Assembly (NCBI GenBank): GCA_050084515.1
Contig: CM114271.1
Coordinates: 248,001 to 312,000, forward strand
Source: Blasia pusilla
Taxonomy: Eukaryota
Direction of reading: 5' to 3'
DNA: 64,000 nt
A program made the position numbers and the translations under genes. Shown here in pieces: positions 14,348-26,285 of this stretch. Position 1 is the stretch's first letter, and each line of letters begins with the position of its first letter. The notes beneath the pieces are model-generated. The model saw nothing but the letters and a program-made list of their open reading frames with translations. It was not told the origin of the DNA and did no database searches.

Positions 14348-14621
14348 AACGGGCACACGTAATTAAGTTTATCATGGGGGAAGTTGGATTAGAAAGGGAC
14401 TCGTCTAGGCTATACATAAGACATGTTCAAATAAAAATTATTTCAAATAAAAACTTAATTAACGGGCACACGTAATTAAGTTTATCATGGGGGAAGTTGG
14501 ATTACCATAACTTAATTGTGACATGAAGGACATATATAGGGGAGAAATTAAAGGAGTAGAAGCAAGTAAACAATTTTTATTTGAACATGTCTTATGTATA
14601 GCCTAGACGAGTCCCTTTCTA
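14348..14621. repeat. Interlocked 44-bp direct repeat and perfect 50-bp inverted repeat
   Basis: 14348-14391 equals 14461-14504. 14390-14439 is the exact reverse complement of 14572-14621. Confidence 0.92.
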
Positions 14622-17019
14622 CATTAAAACCTTTACTGTTCTCTGCCTAGAAAAATGTGATGCGATTTCTCAATTCCTCCATGTTGAAAAGATTCTGTCC
14701 AATTTTACCAGCCTTATCTAGTTCCAGGATTGAAATGTGATCATACGACTAAACATACGGGTATATGTAATTTTTGTATTGAGCTGATGTGTGGATTGAA
14801 TGCATGTCAGGAAATTTTGTTTTAGAAGTTAGGAAATGCTTGACCACACAGAAAGAGGATGGAAATGTATTTGGTCTCATCTAATCCCAAGTAGGTATGT
14901 AGTGGATCTGCACAAAAATTTTCATGTGAAGAGTAGTAGATATGACTTATAGTTACGTAGTTTGTAATGAACACTTGCGGAAGAAGGCAGGTAGGTTATG
15001 CCCACCAAAGATCATGTGTTCATATTTGAAATAAGATGAGGAAATCAGAGCAGATGTGGCAATAAAAGGACCTCTATCCTCGAAACTTTGAAAGTAGACC
15101 AATGATGGCCCTACAATGTGGCAATCAATGATCGGCCTAGCTTAGCCATTATCGATATTTGTTTACATACAATCACTGAAGTTGGAGCACAAGGCGGAAA
15201 AATCAATGTGCCTAGATGCCTAATTCTATATAAAAGCAATGTTGTGACTGTAGAGCAGTAATGTTATAGCCAATGCCAAGCAATAAGAGAAAGAAGATCA
15301 GAGAGAACGGTAAACAGAGGAGGTGAGTGTCCTCAAAATTTAGATGATGTAATAAGAGTTTTTTAGTAAATATCAAATATATGACAGTGACACAACGAAG
15401 TGTTTAGTCAATAGAGATATAAGATAACACTCAAGATTGTCGGCGTAATCATAGTGAAATATGTTCATACAAAATAGTAATAAGCAGAAAATAAACAACC
15501 GATGCTTACTGCAAGGATGCCGGTAGTGGTGCTCTCCGAACCGTATGAGCACGTCACCGTACGTGCAAACAAACATATTAAGCAAACAGAGTTGGGTTTT
15601 AAGCAACAGGAACAAGAAGAACACAAATCATGTAGTAGGGGGAAAACTACTTAGGAGATGTGAGATTGACTATTAGCATTTCAATTTCTTAGTAGACAAT
15701 AGGGACTCCAGAGTGAGGATAAAGGCAGTGAGTCTGCTGTCTGTGGGGTACATCTCATGGCAATAATTGCACATAAGATGGCCCTCATGGCTGATCTCAT
15801 TGATCCTATCTTGTAAAATGAGAATGGTGTCGACATTTGGACCCTGATCTTCGTTGATATATTGTAGCACTAGATGTAGTGACTTCTTTCTCGTCTCACT
15901 CTTTGAAATTCTCTACTCCATCATCTCCATGTTCTTGATAGTTGCAATAAATAATGAGAGTGGAAAAGTAGATGAGCAGGCCTCATTCCTCGGGGGAGGT
16001 GAGACTTCAGCATGAGTTACATAAAACAACTTCTTTGGTTGGGAGACACAAGTCCCAAGAAGGCCCTTGGTCAGTGAGCGGTAGTCACTTGTAGTTGAGC
16101 ACAACTGCTTACCTTCTTGCAAAATAGAGACGACAATGCATTATGGCAACAAATAACACATATCAGCTAAGAAAACATGTAAGGAATATATGATATCATA
16201 GAGCTTTAGTAAATATTATATAGTAGTAATGGATGAAAAAATTACATAGTATGACATGATGTGAAAGGAAGTGGAAGACAAGAATACTATAACAGACTTT
16301 AAATATACTCAGACAAAAGTGATAAATGCAAAGTTAGTGTAGAAAATCACTCATGAGAAGCTGTTGGCTAGCAATAACACCAAAATATGAAGGCAAGTAT
16401 AGGGAGATGGAGCCCAAGAAGGTGTACGCCATGCCTCAAAGATATTATTATATGAGTTGAAGTAGTGTTTTATGGCCTACCATAGAGTGTGGTAAGCAGC
16501 CCTAATAGAGAACATAAAGATAAAATTGTAGGCCTAGGTAAAATCGATGTTCCTGCCCACAAACAAGCTGGATGTACTCCATTATGAAAATTTATTATCA
16601 AATGATGGATAAGTTAACATATATTGGCCGCTAAGAGTATGTAGTTTAGGCTTGGCCGCCATGGTCAGATCCTACAAACACATTAGGCAAGAATGAGATA
16701 GTTAAAAAATGAATCGACAAGATTAAACAGAGATAAGTGAAAATGTCCAAAAATGTAGTCGCATACCTGATCTACAACATTAGGCACATTTCCTCTTGTT
16801 AGGTGACTCTGGCAGCAATGGTCATTCATATGAACCGCTGATGTTGTGTAAGTTCACTGAAGAGGTTCAACTTGTTGTGATCCCAAATTAATCAATTACT
16901 CTCATTTCTAACTAACCTATATTCTCCTACAACCACCCTATTCCAACCTCTCAAACCGTCAATCACCCAAACCATAAAAAGTTTTATTTAATACCTCACT
17001 AAAATCACAACGCTCGCCC

Positions 17020-17830
17020 ACAATCCCTAGCCCGTATGGCCCGCAAGGAGCCGGTGCGCGGCCTTGCACCCTAGCTTGCATGTAGGTTCCAAGGCCCGCA
17101 AGCAGCCTGTACTGTAGGCCATCCATAGGCTCCCAAGCCTGCGAGCAGGCTTAGCGGCCCGCATGCGAGCCCGTGCCCTAGCTTGCACTACGGGCCTTGG
17201 AGTCCACGCCCAAGATTGGCGCGCGCTCCAGCGCTAGCAACTAGCCCGTGCTTGCGGGCTCGACGGCCCGCATACGAGTTTGGGCCGTAGCCCGCATGCA
17301 AGCTCCCATGCCTGCAAGCAAGCCATACCCTACCCCGCAACAAGCTCGCGCGAGGGCTCGGCGGCCCGCGACATAGCCTGCAAGCGGGCTCCAGGGCCCG
17401 TGCGTGGGCTCGGCGGCCCATGACCTAGCCTGCAACCGAGCTCCAAGGCCCGCAACGAGCCGTGCGCGGCCTCGGAGGACCGCATGCAAGCCCGTGCCCT
17501 AGCTCGTATGCGGGCTCCCAGGTCTGCATGCAGGCCGGGCTTCAAGGCCTGCACCCTAGCCCATATGTGGGCTGCTTGGTTCGCAAGAAACCTGTGTCTG
17601 TAGCCCGTAGGTGGGCTCCAAGGCCCGTAACCACCCTGCAAATTAGCCCGCGCACAGGCTCGGCAGCCCGCAAGCAGCCCGGACGAGGGCTTGAGGGCTC
17701 GCACCCTAGCCCGCACGTCGCATTCATTTGCAGCCCGTATCGCGACTTAGGCCCGCACTCTGGCCCGCACCCTTCATCGGAGCTCGCATCGGTGGCCCGC
17801 AAGTGGAGCCCGCACGGTCGATCTCGGCGC
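17020..17830. repeat. GC-rich degenerate tandem repeat array
   Basis: Recurrent ccctagcccgca, gggctccaaggcccgcaag and gggctcggcggcccg units in AT-richer flanks. Confidence 0.85.
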
Positions 17831-20800
17831 CACAAAAACCCGAGCTCGCGCCCGGTGTTCCATGTCTGGACATGTCCGTTTCCTTGCAACCTTCGTAGTT
17901 CATGATTGCCTCCGATTAATTTCACTCACTCTTTCTTATTTCTCACCTCTCATCATAATGGGACCAGTGGGTTTCCTCTCATATCCACACGTGTAATCCT
18001 TTCCTTCAACGTGTTGGCTTCTGTCACTTGTGATATCTATGTCCAACCATACTTTCCAAAATCCCATGTATCTAATAAAAGACTCCATATAGCCATTTCT
18101 TATCTAAGTCCTACTTGCCATATGTGGCTCCAAGTCTGCTTAGTCATTCTTAGTAACCTTGCTTTCTTTCATTCTTAGATCCTCACTATTTCTTCACCTC
18201 TATGTTTATCCTCGACTTCCAAGTGCAAGTGCATCATTAGTATCCATTCCTTGCAACATTCTGATTTACGAAAAACCTTTTAGGAAGCACTATCAGCAAA
18301 CCACCTCTCATGTCTCTGAGCTCCTTAATCTCCTAGATTGTCATGGCCGGTTGTTGAATTCTGAAGTCTTAGTAATGAGGATGGGAGCCTTGCATCAAGA
18401 GCCCTAAATCTTTCCATCTATGGAGAAGAGTGATCCTAATCCCCTTGTCTGATCCATAAATCTCGCTTACACATCTAGATTAGTAAAAACTTTGAGACCC
18501 TTTACTCCCTGATCTTGCTTACACATTGAGTGCTTCTAGCATGTCTGAAACAAGCTTCACATCTGCAACTTTGTATCTTGGTCTAAAAAAATGAGGTTGG
18601 TTTTTGACCTAATGTAGTCCAACCAAATCTCTCTTCTAAAAATTTCTCGCGTTTGAAGTAGAAGAGAAAAGTCTTGAAGAGAGGTTAAGGATTTGGTCTT
18701 TTCTTTTGAAGAGAGACTCTACACTCTTCCTCTCCTCTCTTACTCTCTCATGCCAAAAGACCAACCCCCGAAATCTAACAGATTGTCATGCGCATACACA
18801 TTGTTACACAACATACATCGTTGTCGCCAAACATACACACAAACACGCACGATCCCATGCTAACTCATGGTATCCAAACAATGAGACAAGAAGTACCAAA
18901 ATATCTCCAATAAATGAAGTAGATCCAATCTCTCTCAACCATAGCTCTCAAATAAGTGCACTCTCACACATCTCTCTCAACGTCAAACCAAACCCACTCT
19001 CCTAATGAGAGGCTTGGGTAACACTCACAAGACAAGTAAGACCATAGCTCCGCCACCTCATACCAAGAGGTTCAACAAAGAGAGAATGAGCTCTCAAGCT
19101 CTCCCTCTTTGAGGTATACCCCCTTCCCTCTCCCAAGCTCTCTCCTCAGTAACCTATGCTCGTAGGTCACCTCCTTGGCTCTTGACCTACTATAGCGGGT
19201 CAAGAGCCACTTTCCAAAGTGGAAAGTCAACTCTACCAACCATGGAAACTTACCCAAAATATGGCTCCAAATGAGTCGAAACGAAGGGGAAACTTGCTCT
19301 CTCAGGTTTCTCAGTGACCTCAGCAGGTTATTTCAACCTCTAGAGCATGTCCTCCTCTACTCGCGAAGGCGCTCTACCAGATCTCTTTGATCTATCCTAA
19401 AAAGTCTGACAACTGTCGTACGCATACACATCGCTATACAACATACATTGTTGTCGCAAACATACACACAAACACGCATATCCCATGCTAACTTATGGTA
19501 TCCAAACAACGAGACAAGAAGTACCAAAATATCTCCAATGCCCCCCTAGCTGGTGGTTAGGTCCCTCTAACTCCACATAGCCATCTTTTCCTACCTACCA
19601 TGACATAGATCTCTCGGACGCTAAGAGCAAAAAGGTTGGGTGCACATGTAGCCCCATCGTTAGTTGCCTTCTTGTCATCCATGTCATAGACACAAGTCAG
19701 AATCTAGAACAATCTACTCTATGAACATCTCGGATACATCCATCATCCTTGAGGAATCTTAGTGAGAGATGGTGTCAACCATGCCATATGCCATACTCTC
19801 AAACACCCATCACAGACTAGCATAGTGGCTTCACCATGGGCGCAACCACACAACATACATTGCAAGCCTGCAAGAACTACTGCTAAGCTCGGATATTATA
19901 CTATCAATATTAGGAAGGTGATATGGCGCACAGTTATGCCCATGGTCCTTCCAAACCATACCATCGCCTCCCTCCTATAAGAGAACACCAAATGGCAAAC
20001 TCTCACGCACTCTCAAGATGGTGCGTCTTGAAGTCATATCCAACGTTGTGGATGCCGTTTGCTACAAGTAGACATAGTCTCTCTGATAAAACCTTCAAAT
20101 AGTAGGTCGATAACGACCTCCTCAAAAGTCGCATACCTCAATGTATCCCGATGATACGCAATTGCCAAGTTCTCAAACGTCATGGGCATCACTCTTTGAA
20201 ATAACTCAGCCCTCTGAGAACATGCTCACATCCATACATCAGGGTCATCAAGGTTCAACACCTCACCAATATCTCGACAAATAGCCAGAGGTAAATCAGG
20301 CTCTCAACCATAAAGTAGCAAGTACTGTGCAAAAAACGCGAAGGATGCCTACCTGCTGAATCTGAATCCTATCGCCGACCACAAAAACTGAAGGTCCCAA
20401 TCTTTTCTCCTAAACCCTCTCAACAAGCCATACTTGCGTAATCCTCTCTTCACCGTTTGCACAACCCTCTTTGCTAGTCCATCCGCCTCACGATGATCTC
20501 TCGAAGTGGTTCGGTGGTCGATCAACGCGTGATCACACAGGGCCAGAAACTCTCACGAAACTCTGTACCCTGGTTTGTCAACACCTCACTTTGTGCACTG
20601 TTATCACTTAACACTTGATCTAGGAAGGCATACGCTACTCCCTCACTCCCTTTGTCAAGAAATACAACCAACTCTATCCACTTCGAGAATTTCTCGACCA
20701 TCACCAACACATGACGACTATCACGCTCCATCAAAGGCAAAGATCGTGAAAAATCCAAACTCCATCTATAACCTAAACGCATGATCGGAAGTGGATGCAA

Positions 20801-20984
20801 CTATGGAGTCAGAACATTGAACGATGCTTGGACTCGATCACACACCATGCAAATGGCAACAAACTATTGAACATCAGTCTGCATGCCTCACCACCAGTAT
20901 TGTATCTGGAGCAAGTTGTACGTCTGCTTCACTCCAAAATGACCCAACTCCTCATGGGCATGACGCACCAAACGTGCTCTCTGA

Positions 20985-21112
20985 TATCGTGCGCATACAC
21001 ATCACTACACAACATACATCGCTGTCACCGAACACACACACAAACACGCATGATCCCATGCTAACTCATGGCATCCAAACAACGAGACAAGAAGTACCAA
21101 AATATCTCCAAT
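20985..21112. repeat. E3 short repeat S, terminal copy (128 bp)
   Basis: Near-identical to 21626-21753 (tgtcgtgcgcatacac...aaatatctccaat). Confidence 0.95.
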
Positions 21113-21623
21113 AAAGTAAGATCAATCTCTCTCTCCACCATCTCACAACATAGCTCTCAAAGGTGTGCACTCTCTCTCATGTCAAACCAAACCCACTCTC
21201 CTAATGAGAGGCTTGATAACACTCACAAAGCGAGGTACCATAGCTCCGCCGCCTCATGCCAAGAGGTTCAACAAAGAGAGAATGAGCTCTAAAGCTCTCT
21301 CTCCTTGAGATATATCCCTCCCCTCTCCCAAGCTCTCTCCATGGTAACCTATTCTCCCAAGTCACCTCCTTGGCTCTTGACCTGATGTAGGAGGTCAAGG
21401 GCCACTTACCAAAAATAGTAAGTCGATCATATACTCAAAATGGTACTTACCTAAAATAGTAAGTTCCTCAATATGGCTCCAAATGAGCCGAAACGAAGGG
21501 GAAACCTGCTATCTCAAGTTTCCAAGGGCCTCAGGAGGTCACCCTCGACCTACTGGGCGTGTCCTCCACTACTCATGAAGGCGCTCTATTAGATCTCACC
21601 GATCTATCCTAAAAGACGTGACA
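21113..21623. repeat. E3 long repeat L, 3' copy (~511 bp)
   Basis: Near-identical to 30807-31317 (aaagtaagatc...aaagacgtgaca), with only scattered differences by eye. Confidence 0.95.
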
Positions 21624-21625
21624 GT

Positions 21626-21753
21626 TGTCGTGCGCATACACATCGCTACACAACAAACATCGCTGTCACCGAACACACACACAAACACGCATGATCCCAT
21701 GCTAACTCATGGCATCCAAACAACGAGACAAGAAGTACCAAAATATCTCCAAT
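21626..21753. repeat. E3 short repeat S, internal copy next to the PPT-like tract
   Basis: Separated from L by a 2-bp spacer (gtgaca-gt-tgtcgt). Followed on + by cgcccccct, which is sense AGGGGGGCG and PPT-like. Confidence 0.93.
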
Positions 21754-21933
21754 CGCCCCCCTAGCTGGTGGTTAGGTCCCTCTAACTCCAGATAGCCATC
21801 TATCCCTACCTACCATGACATACATCTCTCGGACGCTAAGAGCAAGAAGGCCGGGTGCTCATGTGGCCCCATCGTTAGTCGCCTCCTTGTCATCCATATC
21901 ACAGACACAAGTCGGAATGTAGAACTACCTTCT

Positions 21934-22380
21934 CTATGTACATCTTGGACACATCCATCGTCCCTGAGGAACCCTAGTGAGAGGTGGCGTCAAACATGCC
22001 ATATGCCATCCTCTCGAACACCCATCACAGACTAGCATCGTGGCCGCACCACGGGCAGATTCACACAACATACAACGCAAGCCTGCAGGAACTACTGCTA
22101 AGCTCGGATCTACTGTACCATCAATGTTAGGAAGGTGACATGGCGCACAATTACGCACATGGTCCTTCCATACCATACCATCGCGTCCTTCCAGCAAGAG
22201 AACACCCGATGGCAAAATGTCACGCACTCTCAGGATAGTGTGCCCTGTAGTCACATCCAACGTCGTCGGTGCCGTCTGCTGCAAGTAGACATAATCTCCC
22301 TGATGAAACCTCCGGATAGTTGGTGGATAACCACCACCCCGAATAGTCTCATACCTCAACGTATCCCGATCGTTGTGCAA
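21934..22380 (-). pseudogene. E3 integrase C-terminal region with PHD finger
   Basis: CMLC...LVCDGCSRGWHMACLTPPL...WMCPRC is a C4HC3 PHD consensus. It is also seen, decayed, in E1 (~11170-11300) and E2 (~19725-19865). Confidence 0.92.
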
Positions 22381-22399
22381 TCGCCAAGTTCTCGAACGC

Positions 22400-23930
22400 C
22401 ATGGGCATCACTCTCGAAATAACTCAGCCCTCACGAGAACATGCTCGCACCCATACATCCGGGTCATCAAGGTTCAAAGACCTCACCAAAGATCTCGACG
22501 AATGGCCGCAGGTAAATCGGCTCGCCATAAAGTAGCAAGTACGGTGAAAAAGACGCTAAGGATGCATGCCTGCTGAATCTGTATCCCATCGCCAACCATG
22601 GCAACTGGAGGTCCCAATCTCTTAGGTGACCTCTCTGCAAGCCATACTTTCGTAAACCCCTCTTCACCGTCTGCACAACTCTCTCCGCTAATCCATCCGC
22701 CTCAGGATGATCTCGCGAAGTCGTGTAGTGGTCGATCAGGGCCTGATCACACAAGGCCTGGAACTCACCGCGAAACTCAGTACCCTGGTCTGTCAACACC
22801 TCAGCTGGTGCGCCATAATGACTCAGCACTCTGTCAAGGAAGGCATAAGCTACTCCCTCACTCGCTTTGTCAGGCAATGCAACCAACTCGATCCACTTCG
22901 AGAAGTGCTCGACCATCACCAACACATAACGACTGTGACGCTCCGTCAAGGGAAAAGGTCCTGCAAAATCCAAACTCCATCTATACCCTAAGCCCATGAT
23001 GGGTAAGGGATGCAATTGTGGAGTCGGAGCATTGAACGATGCTCGGACCCGATCACACACCATGCACCTGGCAACAAATTGCTGAACGTCAGTCTGCATG
23101 CCTCGCCACCAATACTGAATCTGGAGCAAGCTATACGTCCGCTTCACCCCAAAGTGACCCAACTCCTCGTGGGCATGCTGCACTAGTCGTGCTCTCTGCG
23201 CAGGATGCGGCACTACGCGTACTCTGCCATCCTCCCAAACCCTCAAAACATGTGTCCCCTCCCAACGGAACCATCTGGCCTGCTGTAGGATCCGATCCCG
23301 CTCTCTAGCATCCATGGTGCTTGCAACGCTGCCAGTACGAAGGTACTCCAAGACTACTCCATCATCATGAATATCTCGGCCACTTGTCGTGTCCTCAATG
23401 GCCTCGGGATCCAAGGACTCTCCACTAGACCTCGCCATCGAAGTCTCCACACTCTGGCTCTCCATAGCCAACATGCCTAAATAGGCTGACGCGTGCCATC
23501 CTGGCACCGACTCCTCATCACTCTCTCCATGCCATCGAGCTCTAGTCGCATCTTGCTGACTCGGGCATGGGTTACGACTCAACCCATCTGCATCCTGGTT
23601 GAGCGTCCCAGGTCTATGTACCACCTGAAAATCATACTCCTGCAACAACAGAGCCCATCTCGCAAGCTTCCCTCTAAGCTTGTCGGACTCGATCAACCAC
23701 TTCAGTGGTTGATGATCAGTGATGATGGTAAAGGGGTTGCCGAATAAGTAACACCTGAAATCGCGCGACCACACACATGACCAAGCACTCACCCTCATAC
23801 GAGCTGAACTTTGCCTCTGCCACGTTGTTCGAGCGGCTAGCGTAAGCCACCACGAACTCTCTACCCTCATCATCATGCTGGGTGAGCACCGCTCCAAGCC
23901 CCAACATGCTCCAATCTGTGTGCAATAGGA
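22400..23930 (-). pseudogene. E3 RNase H plus DDE integrase
   Basis: RNase H: LHTDWS...VVAYASR...TDHQPL...ADGLSR. Integrase: HHCC finger (HEELGHFG...CMVC) and core WSLDFAGP, VLTDQGTEF, HPEADGLAER. One frameshift. Confidence 0.95.
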
Positions 23931-25005
23931 AAGGACGCCCCCTGATCGGTCTCCTCAAGATGAGTGCGGACGTCAACCTCTCCTTGAGCAACTGAAATGC
24001 TCGCTCCTGCTCATCCCCCCAATGCCACTCGTGATCCATTTTGGTCAGCAAGGTCAGCGGCTTCGCAATCGAACTGAATCCCTTGACGTATCGCCGATAG
24101 AAGTTCGCCAATCCCATGAATGCACGAACACGGCTCACATCTCTAGGGCGTGGAATGCGTGTGATAGCCTCTACCTTTGTCTGCTGAACACCAAGGCCCC
24201 CTGGATATATCGTATGACCCAAGTACTCAATCTGGTTGTAGAAGAACTTACACTTGCCTAGATGTAGCTTCAGCCCATGTAATTGCAATCGTCGAAACAC
24301 CTCCTCTAGGTGTTGCTCATGCTCCTCAACCGTGGCGCTGAAGACTACGATGTCATCAATATAACACCTAGCAAAATCCAGAACAGCCAAGATCCTATCC
24401 ATGACCCTCTGAAACTCAACCGGGGCGTTCTTTAACCCAAATGGTAAGAACCGCCATTCGTACAAACAATCCTTCCCGTGAGGATCGATGCCCCAAAATG
24501 ACGTCTTCTACCTGTCCTCCAATCTGATAGGGAGCTGATGGTATGCGGCTCGTAAATCCAATGAACTCAAGACCTTTACGTGACCAATCGCATCAAAGAT
24601 CTCCTCAGGGGTGGGCATGGCATACCTATCGGACTTCGTCTGCCGATTGATAGGTCGGTAATCCCCACACATCCGCCTATCCGTCTAGTTGCAATGCACA
24701 TCCTTCTTGGCGGGCATGACACTGGCAGATGCATACTCCCCATGCGACATCTCCACTAGTCCTGCTCCGACCAAGTCCTGGCTCCTACTTTGAATCAGAG
24801 CCCTCTCCATATCACTGTGCCTGTAGGGTCGTCGAAAGATCGGCATATCACTCGACAACTCAATGCGGATCCCCGGTCCCTTCAGTGTACCCAAATCCTC
24901 CATGCTAAACGCAAAGCAGCTCCTATAACTCCCGAGGAACTGATGTATTCGGCGCCGCTCTCCTCCTGTCAACTTAGGGCCCATCTCTGGCTCCCAAGTC
25001 TCCAT
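23900..25005 (-). pseudogene. E3 reverse transcriptase (Ty3/gypsy type)
   Basis: PIFRRPYRHS, YEWRFLPFGLKNAP, RCYIDDIVVFS, KCKFFYNQIEYLGH; broken by stops. Confidence 0.95.
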
Positions 25006-25344
25006 CGTGACTACGGTAGGACTCTTCGGCGCGGGTATCGGTGGTTGCTATGGTGCAACCCCGTCTCGAACAACAACACTCGGCCGCTCTCCTGCAGCCA
25101 ACTGCAAACTCTAATCTCCTCCACGTGCAGTTCGAAACCACGCTCGATGTTGTGGCTATCATCTCCTGCAAAATATCCCAAGAAGTCCAAGGGTGTCTCT
25201 CCCGATCTCCCCTGGTGCGTAGATCTCCTCGGGTGTAGCCCCCAACCACTGCCTCCACCATCTCGGTAGGCATGGGGCTCACCAACGCAACCGTTGTGAT
25301 CTGTCACGATCTCATACGATGTTGCTCAGCCACTCCCAAGCTGA

Positions 25345-26285
25345 GGATCCATATCAAGCACTTCAGGTCCATCGCCTGACCCAAGACATGGCGTCATGAT
25401 GCCTCTGACACTGATGGTATTGCCATCACTCCTGTGGGAAATCCTATCGCTCGCTCTCTCTCGTCGACGTTGGGCTCCACCAACCGCTGAACCAGGTCAT
25501 CCCAAACCAAGCCAGGACCGGCCTCCTTGTATGCATAGGAAGCGGGAAAACTCACAAACGTGGGCAAGGCTGCCCGCGGCCTGCCTACCCTGTTGACCAC
25601 AGTTAGCGGTCGATCATCGTGCCTCACTTCCTGTGATCGACGACCTGGATCCAGAATGGAATCCACTAACAAAGGGGAGGGGCGCTCCACTCTCGTATAC
25701 GCCCTCCATAACATCGCATGGGGCACCAAGTTGGTCCACCATAGACGCGGGCGATGGTCTCTAGAACCTACACTCGCCGCATCCAAGAACACTGCCGGGC
25801 CGATCCAGGCACGCACCTGATGAGCACTAGTCACCACCCGTGACCTGGAGTCTCCTAAGATCGGCACATTCTCCAGAATGTAGGCTGGAGAACGAGGCGG
25901 TGCTCTTGCAATCGCCGTAAGACCCTCAACATCTCCCAAAACAACCTGGACCGAGTGTCACCAACCCCATTTGCCTCGTCCAAAGACTCGATTGGCCCTA
26001 ACATGGCCAACCGACAATGACCAAATCAATGGTCCCTACCGCTCTAAGTCTTGCGCCCCAACAACAAAATATCCTCGGTAGGGAACTCTGGTACTTCAGA
26101 TCGCTGGACGCTTGCACAATAAGTCGGGAAAACGAGGCGTAATTGCGCCACATATCGAGTGCGACGCGCCCGCAACATCATCACTCTCCAAATACATGTC
26201 GGGCCAGACTCGCACTCGCCTGCAAAAGCAAAGACTAACCCGTGCTAATCCCTCCAAAGAGATCTAACACTCGAATACCCTCCTC
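25345..26285 (-). pseudogene. E3 C5 cytosine DNA methyltransferase domain (DNMT3-like), disrupted
   Basis: Manual translation gives: motif I GIRVLDLFGGISTG (~26281-26240), II YLESDDVA (~26195), III EDILLL (~26075), IV IDLVIVGWPC*GQS (~26030-25990; PCQ with CAG>TAG), VI YILENVP (~25883-25863), VIII LDAASVGSRDHRPRLWWTNL, IX ERERAIGFPTG and X *RHVLGQAMDL (~25395-25362). The motifs are in canonical order. Confidence 0.92.

Noticed and set aside
17188-17925. Overlapping Ala/Arg/Gly-rich ORFs
   Set aside because: They are by-products of a GC-rich tandem repeat with few stops.
20985-21623. S+L read as a solo LTR inserted at the element end
   Set aside because: It has no TSD of its own, the same S-L-S arrangement recurs in three independent insertions, and the CTGA TSD brackets the whole 20985-31317 unit.
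25345-26285. Host DNMT3/DRM gene or bacterial contamination
   Set aside because: The domain is intronless, embedded between PR and RT in the same orientation, and present at the same position in E2 and E4.
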